Virus record (IMG/VR): IMGVR_UViG_3300010412_000002
Span: 1-64,000 of that record
From: a virus
Direction: 5' to 3' (one strand)
DNA: 64,000 nucleotides
In this document: positions 37,262 through 47,476 of the stretch, piece by piece
Numbering within the stretch: the stretch's first letter is position 1
Layout of the letters: each line of letters starts with the position of its first letter
The notes under the pieces: generated by a model
Seen by the model: the letters and a program-made list of their open reading frames with translations, nothing else
Told to the model about the DNA's origin: nothing
Databases searched by the model: none
Position numbers and translations under genes: made by a program

Positions 37262-37768
37262 TTAGGCGATGACCACGTATGCAGGCATGAAAATCACCAT
37301 TTTTCCGTCGTTTCCTTCAAAATCGGAGCGAGGAACGACGACGTTGACATCTTGACCGAGTTTTCCGATGAGTGCGGGAATGTCGGCGACCGTGTCAAAA
37401 TTGCCGTTCAATTGAACGACGTTCAGGGTTAAACGTCCGTTGAGCTTGCGTCCGCTTGCCTGGTGCGTGAAGATACCAGCAGCGTAATACACTTTCTCCC
37501 CGCTATCGCGGGTGCGAACGAAAACTTTTCCGTTTGCTTTGAAGGTAACACCCGCAAGGGTATTTTCGTTTGCAACGAGGTCAGCGAAGGCACGCAACGA
37601 TGCACCAGCACCACCACGTCCAGCGAGCAAATTTGCTGCTTTATCCGCTTGCATGGCATTGATGAGATCAGCCGTTGTCCCTTTGAATTCCGTTGCACGA
37701 ATAATCGTCGCATTACCGTTATTAGCGGTTGCTGGAACGGTTGGCGGAGTTGTTTGTTGTTCAAACAT
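37262..37768 (-). CDS. first gene of the leftward arm, hypothetical beta-rich protein
   Basis: Start MFEQQ at 37768; strong codon bias; followed by the hairpin GAGGAGGGCTCCGGCTCTCCTC. Confidence 0.6.
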   Translation of the reverse strand: MFEQQTTPPTVPATANNGNATIIRATEFKGTTADLINAMQADKAANLLAGRGGAGASLRAFADLVANENTLAGVTFKANGKVFVRTRDSGEKVYYAAGIFTHQASGRKLNGRLTLNVVQLNGNFDTVADIPALIGKLGQDVNVVVPRSDFEGNDGKMVIFMPAYVVIA

Positions 37769-37869
37769 GATCTTAGAGTTTTTGTTAATTAACGTTAATA
37801 AACGCGACAAGAGAACACCCACCCCCGTCACCCGGGTGTGTTTGGCTCCTGCCATCGCAATAGCGGGTT

Positions 37870-38050
37870 AATATTGGGGGCCCTCACGTTATTATATACA
37901 CACACTATTTTTTTACAGAATATAATTTTTATAATGATATCTGTTTTGATATATCTTTATTTTACTAAGGATATTATATATTAAAAAAATTTTTTTGTAT
38001 ATTTAATGATACCGTGAATAACTAAGTTAAACCCCAACTTATTTGTATCT
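37870..38050. promoter_or_regulatory. AT-rich divergent junction between the two genome arms
   Basis: Strand switch of all flanking genes; very A/T-rich and non-coding. Confidence 0.55.
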
Positions 38051-38551
38051 ATGCACCAGATGTTATACTCCGTTAAGAAGTGCGCTGATTGCGGAGACAT
38101 AAAACCTTTAAGTGAATTTCACAAAGACTCACGAAAGAAAGACGGAAGACGAAGTAAATGTAAAAATTGCCGAATACACGAAAACGCATCTCAGTATACA
38201 AGGACTACAAAGTACAACAGAACTAAAAAATATAAAAATTTTTCTGAAATTAAATATAAAGATTTAGAACTAAAGCAAAGCCACAAATGTTTAATATGCG
38301 GTAAACGGGAGGCACTAGTAATAGACCACTCACATCAACACGGAGCCGTAAGAGGGTTACTATGTAATAGGTGCAACATAGGCTTAGGTATGTTCTTAGA
38401 TAGTCCTAGAAGATTAATAAATGCGTTATACTATATTGTAGTTAAGGAAGTATGGCCACCTTTGCGCAAAAATTTACTGGTCGAGTTAAAAAAGTTTAAA
38501 AAAAGTTCTCAAAATATTTGGAATTTCGCCGAAAAAGTTGTATCTTTGTAG
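38051..38551 (+). CDS. endonuclease VII-family HNH nuclease (probably homing type)
   Basis: N-terminal CADC..KPLSEF..CKNC; CLICG...IDHSHQHGAVRGLLCNRCNIGLG. Confidence 0.85.
   Translation: MHQMLYSVKKCADCGDIKPLSEFHKDSRKKDGRRSKCKNCRIHENASQYTRTTKYNRTKKYKNFSEIKYKDLELKQSHKCLICGKREALVIDHSHQHGAVRGLLCNRCNIGLGMFLDSPRRLINALYYIVVKEVWPPLRKNLLVELKKFKKSSQNIWNFAEKVVSL
38517..38548 (+). promoter_or_regulatory. Bacteroidota sigma70 promoter (-33/-7)
   Basis: TTTG-N20-TATCTTTG, an exact match to the TTTG/TAnnTTTG consensus, 17 nt before ATG 38566. Confidence 0.75.
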
Positions 38552-38565
38552 TACATTTTGAGAAT

Positions 38566-38829
38566 ATGATGACAATCATTACAAGAAACATAGAAGGATT
38601 GGAACTCAGCTGGGTATATCATCCAGCTTTTGATGGACCAATAACTTTGTATAAAAGAAACCCGAACTATACAGTTCGGGAAGTCACCGAGATCCCCCAC
38701 GAGGGCCAAGAGGTAGTTAGTGGGAAAGACATCGGGTTAGTAGAAACACCAAACATTTTATGTTTGGAACATAGTTTCGAGGTTGTCCCCGGTAGTGACG
38801 AAACTGATCCCAATATAAAGCTAGATTGA
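38566..38829 (+). CDS. hypothetical protein
   Basis: ATG downstream of the promoter. Confidence 0.5.
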   Translation: MMTIITRNIEGLELSWVYHPAFDGPITLYKRNPNYTVREVTEIPHEGQEVVSGKDIGLVETPNILCLEHSFEVVPGSDETDPNIKLD

Positions 38830-39177
38830 AATCTATAAAACTATTCGGTATCCAATTGTGGAACGGTAAAAGGGCGAATAGATGATTTCTGGGTCTCTAC
38901 GGAAGCACTGTCTAGACGAAATTTGGAGATTAAATTTTAAAATAGACCCTTGTCTAAAGGGGGAAAGTATATCTAGTTATGAACAAAAAAGTAGTTAGAA
39001 CTCTTCTATTACTAGATAAGCAAATAGACATTATATGTCATGGTAACGAAGAAGCTGTTCGGATGCATATTACGGATAAACGTAATCAAATTAGCCAGAG
39101 CATACGATTGAACTCTAAAGAAATTACTCAACTTAGAGATTGGCTAATTGTAATAACAACTGGAAAATTAAACGAAG

Positions 39178-39630
39178 ATGGGAAATAGAAGTAGATTAAT
39201 AAACTTCTTATTTGCGGTTCTAGGAACTGTAGTTATGATAGGTGCAGTTATTGCATTACCAAGTGTAGACAAAGACCTACCACCTCTTATTCAAGATATA
39301 TCCAAAAGTTTTCTATTGATAAGCACAATGTTCTTAGGACAACTAGCGATTATGGTCGCATTAGTATTTTCTGTAAAGGACGATGTTATCGAGCTTCAAT
39401 ATGATGTAAATAGGAAACTGAGTAAAATGTTGGACGGAGTTGATACAACTCCAAAAAATGTATCTAATTTGCCAATAATTCTAGTAGATCCATCGCAGAA
39501 AGATCTGCTACAAGATGCATGGGTAATGCATGATCATAATGGCAACACTGCGTATTCTCTAAATGGGGTATCCTGGTTTAGAGCACAACTGCTAGATGAA
39601 TACAAACAAGATGCTCAAAATAAGATTTGA
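39178..39630 (+). CDS. membrane protein
   Basis: Two TM segments. Confidence 0.5.
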   Translation: MGNRSRLINFLFAVLGTVVMIGAVIALPSVDKDLPPLIQDISKSFLLISTMFLGQLAIMVALVFSVKDDVIELQYDVNRKLSKMLDGVDTTPKNVSNLPIILVDPSQKDLLQDAWVMHDHNGNTAYSLNGVSWFRAQLLDEYKQDAQNKI

Positions 39631-39958
39631 ACTTCCAAATAACACGGGCTACCTAATGGTTTCTAACTTGATGGCTTTTGGGCTATTTAGAACAGAATGT
39701 TGGGAACTAGGTGGGGATGCTTGGCTAGAAGATTAATTATGACAATCAAAGAAGAATATAATAAATACAAAGAAGTATTTATTTCCTGGCCAATTCTAAA
39801 AAGAATTGATGTAAGCCTAAGTGCTGTTTCATTTGCAATGCTTATTACATACTTACTTTCAGAGTGGGTAACTATAGGGGCACTCGGGCTAACTTTATTC
39901 GGCATTAGCTGCATGTTCGCAGTTGCAGAATATATTAGAATTAGGAGAATCAAGAAAC

Positions 39959-40183
39959 ATGGAAGTAACAATCGCACAACTTAAAACCCTCTTAGATGCT
40001 TATCCCGATGATACTATTGTAGTGGTGGATAGCTACGAAGATGGTTATGATGATTTTACCTTAGAGTTAAAATCTGTATATGTAGTAGATCATCCCTCTT
40101 GGTGGGAAGGCCAATACGAAGAAGCCACTGACCAAGAAAATAACTTGAAAGTTCTTGCTCTGAAAAGAGTAGATCGTAAATAA
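39959..40183 (+). CDS. small acidic phage protein
   Basis: MEVTIAQLKTLLDAYPDDTIVVV...YEDGY, a common small phage-protein pattern. Confidence 0.5.
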   Translation: MEVTIAQLKTLLDAYPDDTIVVVDSYEDGYDDFTLELKSVYVVDHPSWWEGQYEEATDQENNLKVLALKRVDRK

Positions 40184-40437
40184 TATAATATGATTATCTA
40201 TATGGACTACGAGCCAATTATCGAACATTTTACTGGAAAAGACCCCATGGGTTGGCTCGATGATTTTTATCCTGAACTTGAGTTTAATTTAGAAGAACAC
40301 AATGTTTTAGCGATTGATGGGGATGATGACGATGTTATTAGCTTTGCTAATCATATGACAGAAGTAACATGGGCATTTGAGGATATAGAACTATCCTTTC
40401 CGCTGATTCACCAAAATTATGATAAATTACCTTTTTA

Positions 40438-40815
40438 ATGAAAAAATACTTACTGGCTATTATGCTGTCCCTGGGATTTAATGCAATATATGCACAGTCA
40501 CCTGTAGATATAAAAGTTACAGAAGATTCTATCCCACAAAAACAGCAACTTATGGTAGATTTTAAAGTGTTTAAATCTACTGATCATTCTTATAAACTGC
40601 TAGATGTAGAGGTAGTAGCTTTAGATATTGCAGATATCAAAGCTGCCGATCAAAATGACTTTACTAGAAAACTTTTTGCAAAGCTAATAAACCTATTGTA
40701 TGTCAATGATTACATGAATGGTAAAGTTATACAATATAAGAAGAATCCAGCAGATTCAGCAGGACTTCTAGCGGTAAGAAAAAACTACTATATTAAGATT
40801 TTAAACGTGCGATAA
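40438..40815 (+). CDS. exported protein
   Basis: Bacteroidota-type signal peptide MKKYLLAIMLSLGFNAIYA-Q. Confidence 0.55.
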   Translation: MKKYLLAIMLSLGFNAIYAQSPVDIKVTEDSIPQKQQLMVDFKVFKSTDHSYKLLDVEVVALDIADIKAADQNDFTRKLFAKLINLLYVNDYMNGKVIQYKKNPADSAGLLAVRKNYYIKILNVR

Positions 40816-41073
40816 TGAACTCAGGTAGTCCCACCAAAAAAGTACTTATTAAACCCTATAATTGGGATATGTTTGCTACGTCAATCGAAGAACTGTTAGC
40901 ACAACTAAAGGAAAGGATCACTGGAACATTTGAAGTAATTGCTAAGCATGACGATTCAGTTACTTCTGAGAAAGCTCCACAAAAAGGATATGACTGGGAA
41001 GTGCATATCCGAGTTCCTACAACTGAAGAACAGGAACAAATTTTGAAAGAATTTAGAAAACAAAAAAGAAGAA

Positions 41074-41571
41074 GTGCTTTATAATATAGAAATAGTAAAA
41101 GATATACCACGGTTTCCTAGACGTAATGCTGGGAAAGATAAAGAATATATCTACCTATTTTCTGAAAATGCGGATAGAACTTCCATTGTGTCAAGAATAG
41201 ATGATACACCAAATCATCTTACCTGGTACGAAGAAAAGTACGGACCGTACTTTGTACCACGGAGATCACAGGCAAGAATACGGGGACTACATAACGCATA
41301 CCCTGTCACAACATTATTCAATAAGCATAATGAACAGTGGTCAGATAAACTATTTGAGGCTTATCGCTACATACTAGATGATGATATTCAGCAAATAATG
41401 ACGGCTTATGGTGGAGGGCAATACCGTGGTATAAAAATTCTAGATAGAGAATTTGGTAACGATAATATGTCTAGAATGAAATACGTAGCACCGAGATGTT
41501 ATAAATATTTAACGGCTCGATTACAAGACATCGGAATTGATAACGAGTCATTGCAAGGCTACAGAGAATGA
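41074..41571 (+). CDS. macro-domain-like phage protein
   Basis: IYLFSENADRT...QARIRGLHNAYPVTT resembles the phage 'VFxDN...QAxIR..NAxxxxT' family. Confidence 0.4.
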   Translation: MLYNIEIVKDIPRFPRRNAGKDKEYIYLFSENADRTSIVSRIDDTPNHLTWYEEKYGPYFVPRRSQARIRGLHNAYPVTTLFNKHNEQWSDKLFEAYRYILDDDIQQIMTAYGGGQYRGIKILDREFGNDNMSRMKYVAPRCYKYLTARLQDIGIDNESLQGYRE

Positions 41572-42296
41572 ATTCAATATACTTTACAACACTTAATCAG
41601 GCATTTAAAGAAGCTGTTCAATATAATGCCGACGTATATAAAGGGGTAAAAGCTTTAAGAAAGCTTGCTGAAGGCCTAGATCCAATGTACACAGTAGATG
41701 AAGTTGCTGGAGAGTTTGAAACTTTCCTACTTCGATATGAAGATGATATAATGCTAGCTAATGAGTTAACTGCTATTGTACAAGAATTACTAGATGAAGC
41801 CTACTTTGCAGAGCGAATATACCTCGAAAAAAACAATTAGATGGCTACTAAAACTATTAAACCGAAAATCACAAAAGCTGCAGAAAACCCTAAGGTTAGT
41901 ATTGTAGAAAACGCAGAATACAAGCAGCTAAGAAATGATTATGTACGCCTACAGATTCAAGCTAGACTGCTTGCAAGACTAGTACATGCGTACACCCCCA
42001 GCACGAAACCTGCGTTCACTTCCAAAACGCGATGGGAGCAGATTGCTTACATGAATGCGATTGCGGACCAGGTGCTAGCGCTAGAGTCTCAAATGATTGA
42101 TTACGAAGAACTTAAGCCGAAAAATGATTGATACAAATATCCTCATATCAATGGTAATCACTGCTGCAGTTATATTTACTGCAAACGTAATTATTGCCAA
42201 ATGGAAAATTAAAAATAAATGTGGGCAAATGGAAAGCCAGGACGAGTGCAATTGCGAAGACTGCGACTTTCAAGGATGTCACAAAAAAGAATTCTA

Positions 42297-42779
42297 ATGA
42301 CTATTTTACATATTTCCTTAATGCTTATTGCTGCGCTGATAGGTGTAGTTAGAGCCGCAGGAGAACGTGTTGTAGATTTTTTCTCTTGGAATCATTCTAT
42401 ATTTGCACGTAAATATCCTAAAGAAGTTACAGTTGAAGATTTGAGAAAGGAGACGCCTAAATTTTCACACCCAAGAGAGGTATCCTGGGCTCGTAAAGAT
42501 GTAGGACCTAAATGGCTTCAAACTTTGAAACATACTGTGCTAGTTGGGCTAACCGACCTATGGCATTTTGCAGATCTTGCAACAGCATTTGCTGCTTTCA
42601 TATTGATTCCTCTCCTAATGATTACTCTTTCCTCAGTACTGTGGTGGCAATACGCTATTCTACTTGCTGGAATGTGGATATCTTATTCGGTATTTTTTCA
42701 TTTATTTTATCATAAATTTTTCTATAACGATCCTTTCGCAAACCTACTTGACCCGAGCAAAGTTGTCATAAATAACTAA
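42297..42779 (+). CDS. membrane protein (TDxWH motif)
   Basis: Three to four TM helices and VGLTDLWHF. Confidence 0.55.
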   Translation: MTILHISLMLIAALIGVVRAAGERVVDFFSWNHSIFARKYPKEVTVEDLRKETPKFSHPREVSWARKDVGPKWLQTLKHTVLVGLTDLWHFADLATAFAAFILIPLLMITLSSVLWWQYAILLAGMWISYSVFFHLFYHKFFYNDPFANLLDPSKVVINN

Positions 42780-42795
42780 GACAAATAAGTACAGC

Positions 42796-43266
42796 ATGAA
42801 AGCTAAATTTAAGCTGTCTTATCGGGATGTTTACAGAAAATTACTTCATATACTAAACGCCTTTCAGGAGGCTGCCTCGGAAGAAAAATTAGCTAGTTCT
42901 GAAATTGATTTGCTAGCAGAGTTTCTAATTCTTCCAAAGAAAAAATTTGAGTATCAACCATTTTCGACCTTAGCTAAGAATAAGGTAATAGAAAATGCTA
43001 AAGCTCAAGGATGGTCTCTCTCAAGAGAAAATATTAATAATAAGATTTATTCTCTTGTGTTAAAAGGTTATTTGTGGAGAGATGATGATGGGGTAGTATA
43101 CCTAAAACCTCATATAAAAAAACTAATAGATCAACTTCGTAAGGATATAGATGTCACTGGAAAATATACTTTCGAAGTAGAATTAGCATTAACAAATGAG
43201 GAAACTAAAGATAAAACCGACGAGCTACGCAGTGATATCGGATTTGACGGAGGCCCAACTGAGTGA
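42796..43266 (+). CDS. putative winged-helix DNA-binding protein
   Basis: LSRENINNKIYSLVLKGYLWR wHTH-like pattern; upstream of the IHF-like gene. Confidence 0.45.
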   Translation: MKAKFKLSYRDVYRKLLHILNAFQEAASEEKLASSEIDLLAEFLILPKKKFEYQPFSTLAKNKVIENAKAQGWSLSRENINNKIYSLVLKGYLWRDDDGVVYLKPHIKKLIDQLRKDIDVTGKYTFEVELALTNEETKDKTDELRSDIGFDGGPTE

Positions 43267-43627
43267 GTTTGGTATTACACGAGATCAAATAGATTTAGTA
43301 GTTGCTTATCAGTTTGATTTTGTGTCAGAATTTTTTGAAAATCCTATAAAAGGCAAACTCTATATCCATGAACTAGGAAGTTTTGTAATCCACGCAAAAA
43401 CAGTAATTGGATTTTTAAAATCTATAATAAGCCGATTAAAGAAGAAACGTGCAAATAATGAACCATATGACATTAATGAAGTTAATAGGTTTAAGCATTG
43501 GTGGAAATATCGGCATGTTGCAATAGAATACGTAGCGAATTATTCGCGACAAAACGTGAAAGGTTTTTATAGGCCTTTCGATATTAAGAAAAATATTTAT
43601 ATACCTAAATCTAAAAAAGGACAATAA
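43196..43627 (+). CDS. IHF/HU-like DNA-binding protein
   Basis: ITRDQIDLVV..QF...LYIHELGSFVI matches the HU/IHF pattern; position typical of crAss-like late-gene leaders. Confidence 0.55.
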   Translation: MRKLKIKPTSYAVISDLTEAQLSEFGITRDQIDLVVAYQFDFVSEFFENPIKGKLYIHELGSFVIHAKTVIGFLKSIISRLKKKRANNEPYDINEVNRFKHWWKYRHVAIEYVANYSRQNVKGFYRPFDIKKNIYIPKSKKGQ

Positions 43628-43628
43628 C

Positions 43629-44207
43629 ATGAGTTCATCGCATAAGCTGAAAAGCATTGTTCAAAACAAGACCTATAGCGATCTAGAGGAGCGCTTGGCA
43701 TACAATGAAAATATTCAAGTAGTTCCTAATTACTTCAAGGATATTATGATTCTAGGACCCAAGGGAGTACTAGTAAAAATGTATAAATTTACTGAGCACA
43801 CATCTACTCGTGGCGGGCTCGTAACTCAAAAATATAAAGATTATCTTAAAGATAGTGGCAGTCATGGAGCTAGTCTAGATGACTTCCTATATCAAGCTAG
43901 AGGAATCATTATTAGCATTTCCCCTGAAGCCCAAAAATATATTAACGAGACTCTTTCAGAAGAGGCTGCTGCAAAATTGAAGCCAGGAACAACCGTGTGG
44001 CTGCATCCAGGTAATGGAGTTAATCCTAATAATCAATTCTTATACGATCGTGTACATCCAGTAGTTGAGCAAATTGACTACTTAACTCTTCATCCCAATC
44101 ATATTGATGCCGTGGAACTTTCAACTCCGGTAAAAGAGATTGAATATACGGACACTTATATCGTAGCAGAAACTCCCGTATATGAGCTTCCTGAACAAGA
44201 TGCGTGA
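43629..44207 (+). CDS. GroES-like co-chaperonin (extended)
   Basis: LGPKGVLVK...STRGGLV...ARGIIISIS...LKPGTTVWL follows the GroES strand pattern. Confidence 0.55.
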   Translation: MSSSHKLKSIVQNKTYSDLEERLAYNENIQVVPNYFKDIMILGPKGVLVKMYKFTEHTSTRGGLVTQKYKDYLKDSGSHGASLDDFLYQARGIIISISPEAQKYINETLSEEAAAKLKPGTTVWLHPGNGVNPNNQFLYDRVHPVVEQIDYLTLHPNHIDAVELSTPVKEIEYTDTYIVAETPVYELPEQDA

Positions 44208-44808
44208 TTTTGTTGAAGGAAATTACTTATTCTTTAACAGACCACATAACGCACCACATATTAACGAGCAAGCCATGTGGCGAGCTTATCACTGTCAAGA
44301 CTGTCTAAAAGCAGGTAAGTGCAGACATTGTGGATGCAAAACACCAAATATGTTTTTCTCTCCAAACAAAGCCGACTCTGCTAATAAATGGGGGAAAATG
44401 ATGAGTCAGACTCAGTGGGAAGCTTTTAAGGAATCCGAACCTGAGTATAAAATCTTTGAGAAAACATTAATTACCCAAAAGAAAGCTGACAATGCAAGTA
44501 CTGAACTTTACAGAGAGCAGCAAAAATTTCTGGGATATACACCCCCAGTTACAGATCCCCTTTTCGCACACAATCAAAGAGCTGGGAAAGAAGGAGTCAT
44601 CACAACTGCTCTGGGCGATAGCCCTGATGAATCATCCTCGCTCACCATACTACAATCTACCATACGAAGAGAGGAAAGCAACGATCTTGGAGGATTACCA
44701 ACTTCAGGAGGAGAATCTAGTAGAAATGGAGAAGTTAGTGTCATTGTTTCAGAACGTGACAATGACTCCAGAACAGAGACTCTTAATGACCTGGAAGAAG
44801 AAGATTGA
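44182..44808 (+). CDS. zinc-binding protein
   Basis: EQAMWRAYHCQDC...KCRHCGC...W motif. Confidence 0.55.
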   Translation: MSFLNKMRDFVEGNYLFFNRPHNAPHINEQAMWRAYHCQDCLKAGKCRHCGCKTPNMFFSPNKADSANKWGKMMSQTQWEAFKESEPEYKIFEKTLITQKKADNASTELYREQQKFLGYTPPVTDPLFAHNQRAGKEGVITTALGDSPDESSSLTILQSTIRREESNDLGGLPTSGGESSRNGEVSVIVSERDNDSRTETLNDLEEED

Positions 44809-45004
44809 CGAACGTAATGAACTCGTTAACTCAATAGAATATACTCTTGAGAACTTCGAAACGGTAGATAAACTTATTACGAATACAGATAAAGTATTTA
44901 AACAATATCAAACTGTAAAGGCCGAAGTAGAAAAGCAAGATGAAGCTGCCATGACAACTGAAGGTGGTTCAGTCTTATCTCTATCGGACTTAGATATGAT
45001 CTAA
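44492..45004 (+). CDS. conserved helical protein, candidate terminase small subunit
   Basis: SPYYNLPYEERK, coiled coil and C-terminal GG; lies in the pre-terminase cluster (inference). Confidence 0.4.
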   Translation: MQVLNFTESSKNFWDIHPQLQIPFSHTIKELGKKESSQLLWAIALMNHPRSPYYNLPYEERKATILEDYQLQEENLVEMEKLVSLFQNVTMTPEQRLLMTWKKKIDERNELVNSIEYTLENFETVDKLITNTDKVFKQYQTVKAEVEKQDEAAMTTEGGSVLSLSDLDMI

Positions 45005-45014
45005 ATAAAGACAT

Positions 45015-46646
45015 ATGGCTAAAGATGTAACATTCGCTCCACTAGCGGAACTAAAAATAGGAGTAGACATTATTGCTGATGCAGTAAAGTCCACACTAGG
45101 TCCTAAAGGGCGAAATGTAGTTTTGCGTACAAACTATAAAAAGAACGCACCTCACGTCACTAAGGATGGGGTAACGGTTGCCAAAGAAATTGAATTGGCT
45201 GATCCTGTACAGGATGTCGCCGTACAGCTTGTAAAACAGGCCGCAGATAAAACCGCCCAACTTGCTGGGGATGGTACGACTACCGCCACAGTACTGACAC
45301 AAGCAATTTTTAATGAGGGATATAAATTTATCAATGCAGGAGTATCTCCTACAGATCTTCGCAAAGGCATTGAAGAGGCCGCAGAGATTGTTCAAGATTT
45401 TATTGATCAGCAGGCTGTAACACTGGATCTCGAAAAAGAAGAAGACAGACTGAAAGTATTTCAGATCGCTTCACTTTCTGCTAATAATGATGAAAAGGTA
45501 GGGAGTTTAGTAACTGAAGCCACACTGAAAGCTACACTTGACGGCGTGATCGCCATAGAAGATTCAAACACCGCTGAATCATATATTGAGCACCTAGAAG
45601 GTTACTCATTTGATAGGGGATATATCTCACCTCATTTTATTACCGACTCTGAACGTAATGAAGTTGTTTATGAAAATCCATACATCTTTCTATATAATGG
45701 GAAGATTCGCGATATCAATGATATGGCCTCGGTGGCAGAAGAAGTTGCTACTAAAGGAAACAAACAACCACTTCTAGTTATTGCTGATGAGATCGAAGGC
45801 CAAGCTATCCAGTTTCTCGTAGTAAATAAAGTACGAGGAGGATTCCCGCTGGTAGCAGTAAAGGCTCCGTCTTTTGGGGATCGTAGACGTAAGATGCTCG
45901 AAGATATTGCAGTAGCTACTAATGGTGTTGTGATCTCAGATGAGATTGGAGTGCACATTAAGGAAGCAACTATTGAATATTTTGGGAGAGCAGATAAAGT
46001 CGTAATCACTAGTGATAATACTTCTATCATTGGTGGCCATGGAGACAAACGAGAGATTCAGCAGCGAATTGAAGAAATCAAGGCTGAAAAAACTCGTGCT
46101 AAATATGACTGGGAAGCACAGCAACTACAAGAACGTTTAGCTAAACTTGTTGGTGGTGTGTCAGTGATTAGAGTTGGCGCAATTACTGAGCCAGAACTGA
46201 AAGAGAAAAAAGATCGAATTGATGATTCCTTGAATGCTGCTAGATCCGCTATTAAAGGTGGTATTGTACCTGGTGGCGGGTCTATTTTTCTACGGGCGCA
46301 TGATCACTTAATCGAACGGGGACTCCCTAACGATGAATCAAAATTTGGGTATCAATGCCTACTAAATGCCCTAACTTCGCCTTTTTACACTATATGTAGT
46401 AATGCAGGACAATCCGGAGAAAGGTATAGAGGCATGATTGAGTACGATAAATGGCAGGTATATAATGCTGCTACAAATCGAATTGAAGACGCCCTTTCAT
46501 CTGGAATTATTGATCCAGCATTAGTATGCAAGGTTGCACTTGCAAATGCTGCATCAATTGCTACCCTACTCTTAAACACATCAGTTACAATTACCAATGA
46601 TAGCAACGAGCTAGATTTGTCTCAAGCCCCAATGTCACCACTATGA
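45015..46646 (+). CDS. groEL: chaperonin GroEL (Cpn60)
   Basis: TLGPKGRNV, TKDGVTVAKEI, AGDGTTTATVL, KAPSFGDRR, GIVPGGG and GIIDP motifs. Confidence 0.97.
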   Translation: MAKDVTFAPLAELKIGVDIIADAVKSTLGPKGRNVVLRTNYKKNAPHVTKDGVTVAKEIELADPVQDVAVQLVKQAADKTAQLAGDGTTTATVLTQAIFNEGYKFINAGVSPTDLRKGIEEAAEIVQDFIDQQAVTLDLEKEEDRLKVFQIASLSANNDEKVGSLVTEATLKATLDGVIAIEDSNTAESYIEHLEGYSFDRGYISPHFITDSERNEVVYENPYIFLYNGKIRDINDMASVAEEVATKGNKQPLLVIADEIEGQAIQFLVVNKVRGGFPLVAVKAPSFGDRRRKMLEDIAVATNGVVISDEIGVHIKEATIEYFGRADKVVITSDNTSIIGGHGDKREIQQRIEEIKAEKTRAKYDWEAQQLQERLAKLVGGVSVIRVGAITEPELKEKKDRIDDSLNAARSAIKGGIVPGGGSIFLRAHDHLIERGLPNDESKFGYQCLLNALTSPFYTICSNAGQSGERYRGMIEYDKWQVYNAATNRIEDALSSGIIDPALVCKVALANAASIATLLLNTSVTITNDSNELDLSQAPMSPL

Positions 46647-47248
46647 TAAGTGCACTATTTATTGATTTAGATGGCACTTTAATTAGAACCAAAAGCAGGA
46701 AAAAGTTCCCGGTCGATAAGTTTGACTGGGAATTTATTCCTCGTACTTTAGAAGTAGTTAAGGAAGCCAAGAACCTAGGGAAAACCCTAGTAATTGTTAC
46801 TAACCAAGGAGGTATTGGAATTGGACGATTAGATGAAGCAGACTTCTTAGAAAAGATGGATGCCATCTGTAATTCTATTCATGAGCTAACTGGTTACGTG
46901 TTAAATGAAGATTTTAGATATTATTATTGTCCTAGCAATGAGGCACAACATTTCGATCGTAAACCAAATCCAGGTATGGCTTATCAAGCTGCTCTAGACA
47001 TGGGTATTAGTTTACGTCATAGTGTCATGATTGGAGACGCTTCTGGTAAAAAGGATGATTGGTCTGCTAGTGATCTCAACTTCTCGATTAATGCGGGTAT
47101 TGGAAAATATATTGATGTAGATTCCTACCTCAAATCAGGATTCTTTGACCCGAGACAGATGTTATCATTCTTTGTGAAACGAACTTTTAAAAGTTGGAAA
47201 GAACGGGAAGAAGACAAGGAATTCTTTAAAGATATAAATGGAGACTAA
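46643..47248 (+). CDS. HAD-IIIA phosphatase (polynucleotide 3'-phosphatase / GmhB-like)
   Basis: DLDGTL, VTNQGGI, RKPNPGM, MIGDASG and SDLNF motifs. Confidence 0.85.
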   Translation: MISALFIDLDGTLIRTKSRKKFPVDKFDWEFIPRTLEVVKEAKNLGKTLVIVTNQGGIGIGRLDEADFLEKMDAICNSIHELTGYVLNEDFRYYYCPSNEAQHFDRKPNPGMAYQAALDMGISLRHSVMIGDASGKKDDWSASDLNFSINAGIGKYIDVDSYLKSGFFDPRQMLSFFVKRTFKSWKEREEDKEFFKDINGD

Positions 47249-47476
47249 TGAACTTATCTGAACAAAGTTATTATCCTAAGAAAATCAAACTGGCTCAATT
47301 ATTCTTTGAACGATATTTCATTGAGGGTAGAAGTGGAAGATTACCACTAAATGAGTTTGAGTTTGATAGTGGCAATATGTGCTACGTACCAGTAAATATG
47401 ACAAAAGAACGTGAGGTTACGCTTTCAATGAAACAATTTGAACAAGCTGCACGTTTAGGAACAGTAGAAGAAATTC

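Noticed and set aside
45015-46646. Host chromosomal contamination or prophage boundary at groEL
   Set aside because: The gene is tightly packed with phage genes on both sides, has phage-like composition, and lacks the usual adjacent groES and GGM tail.
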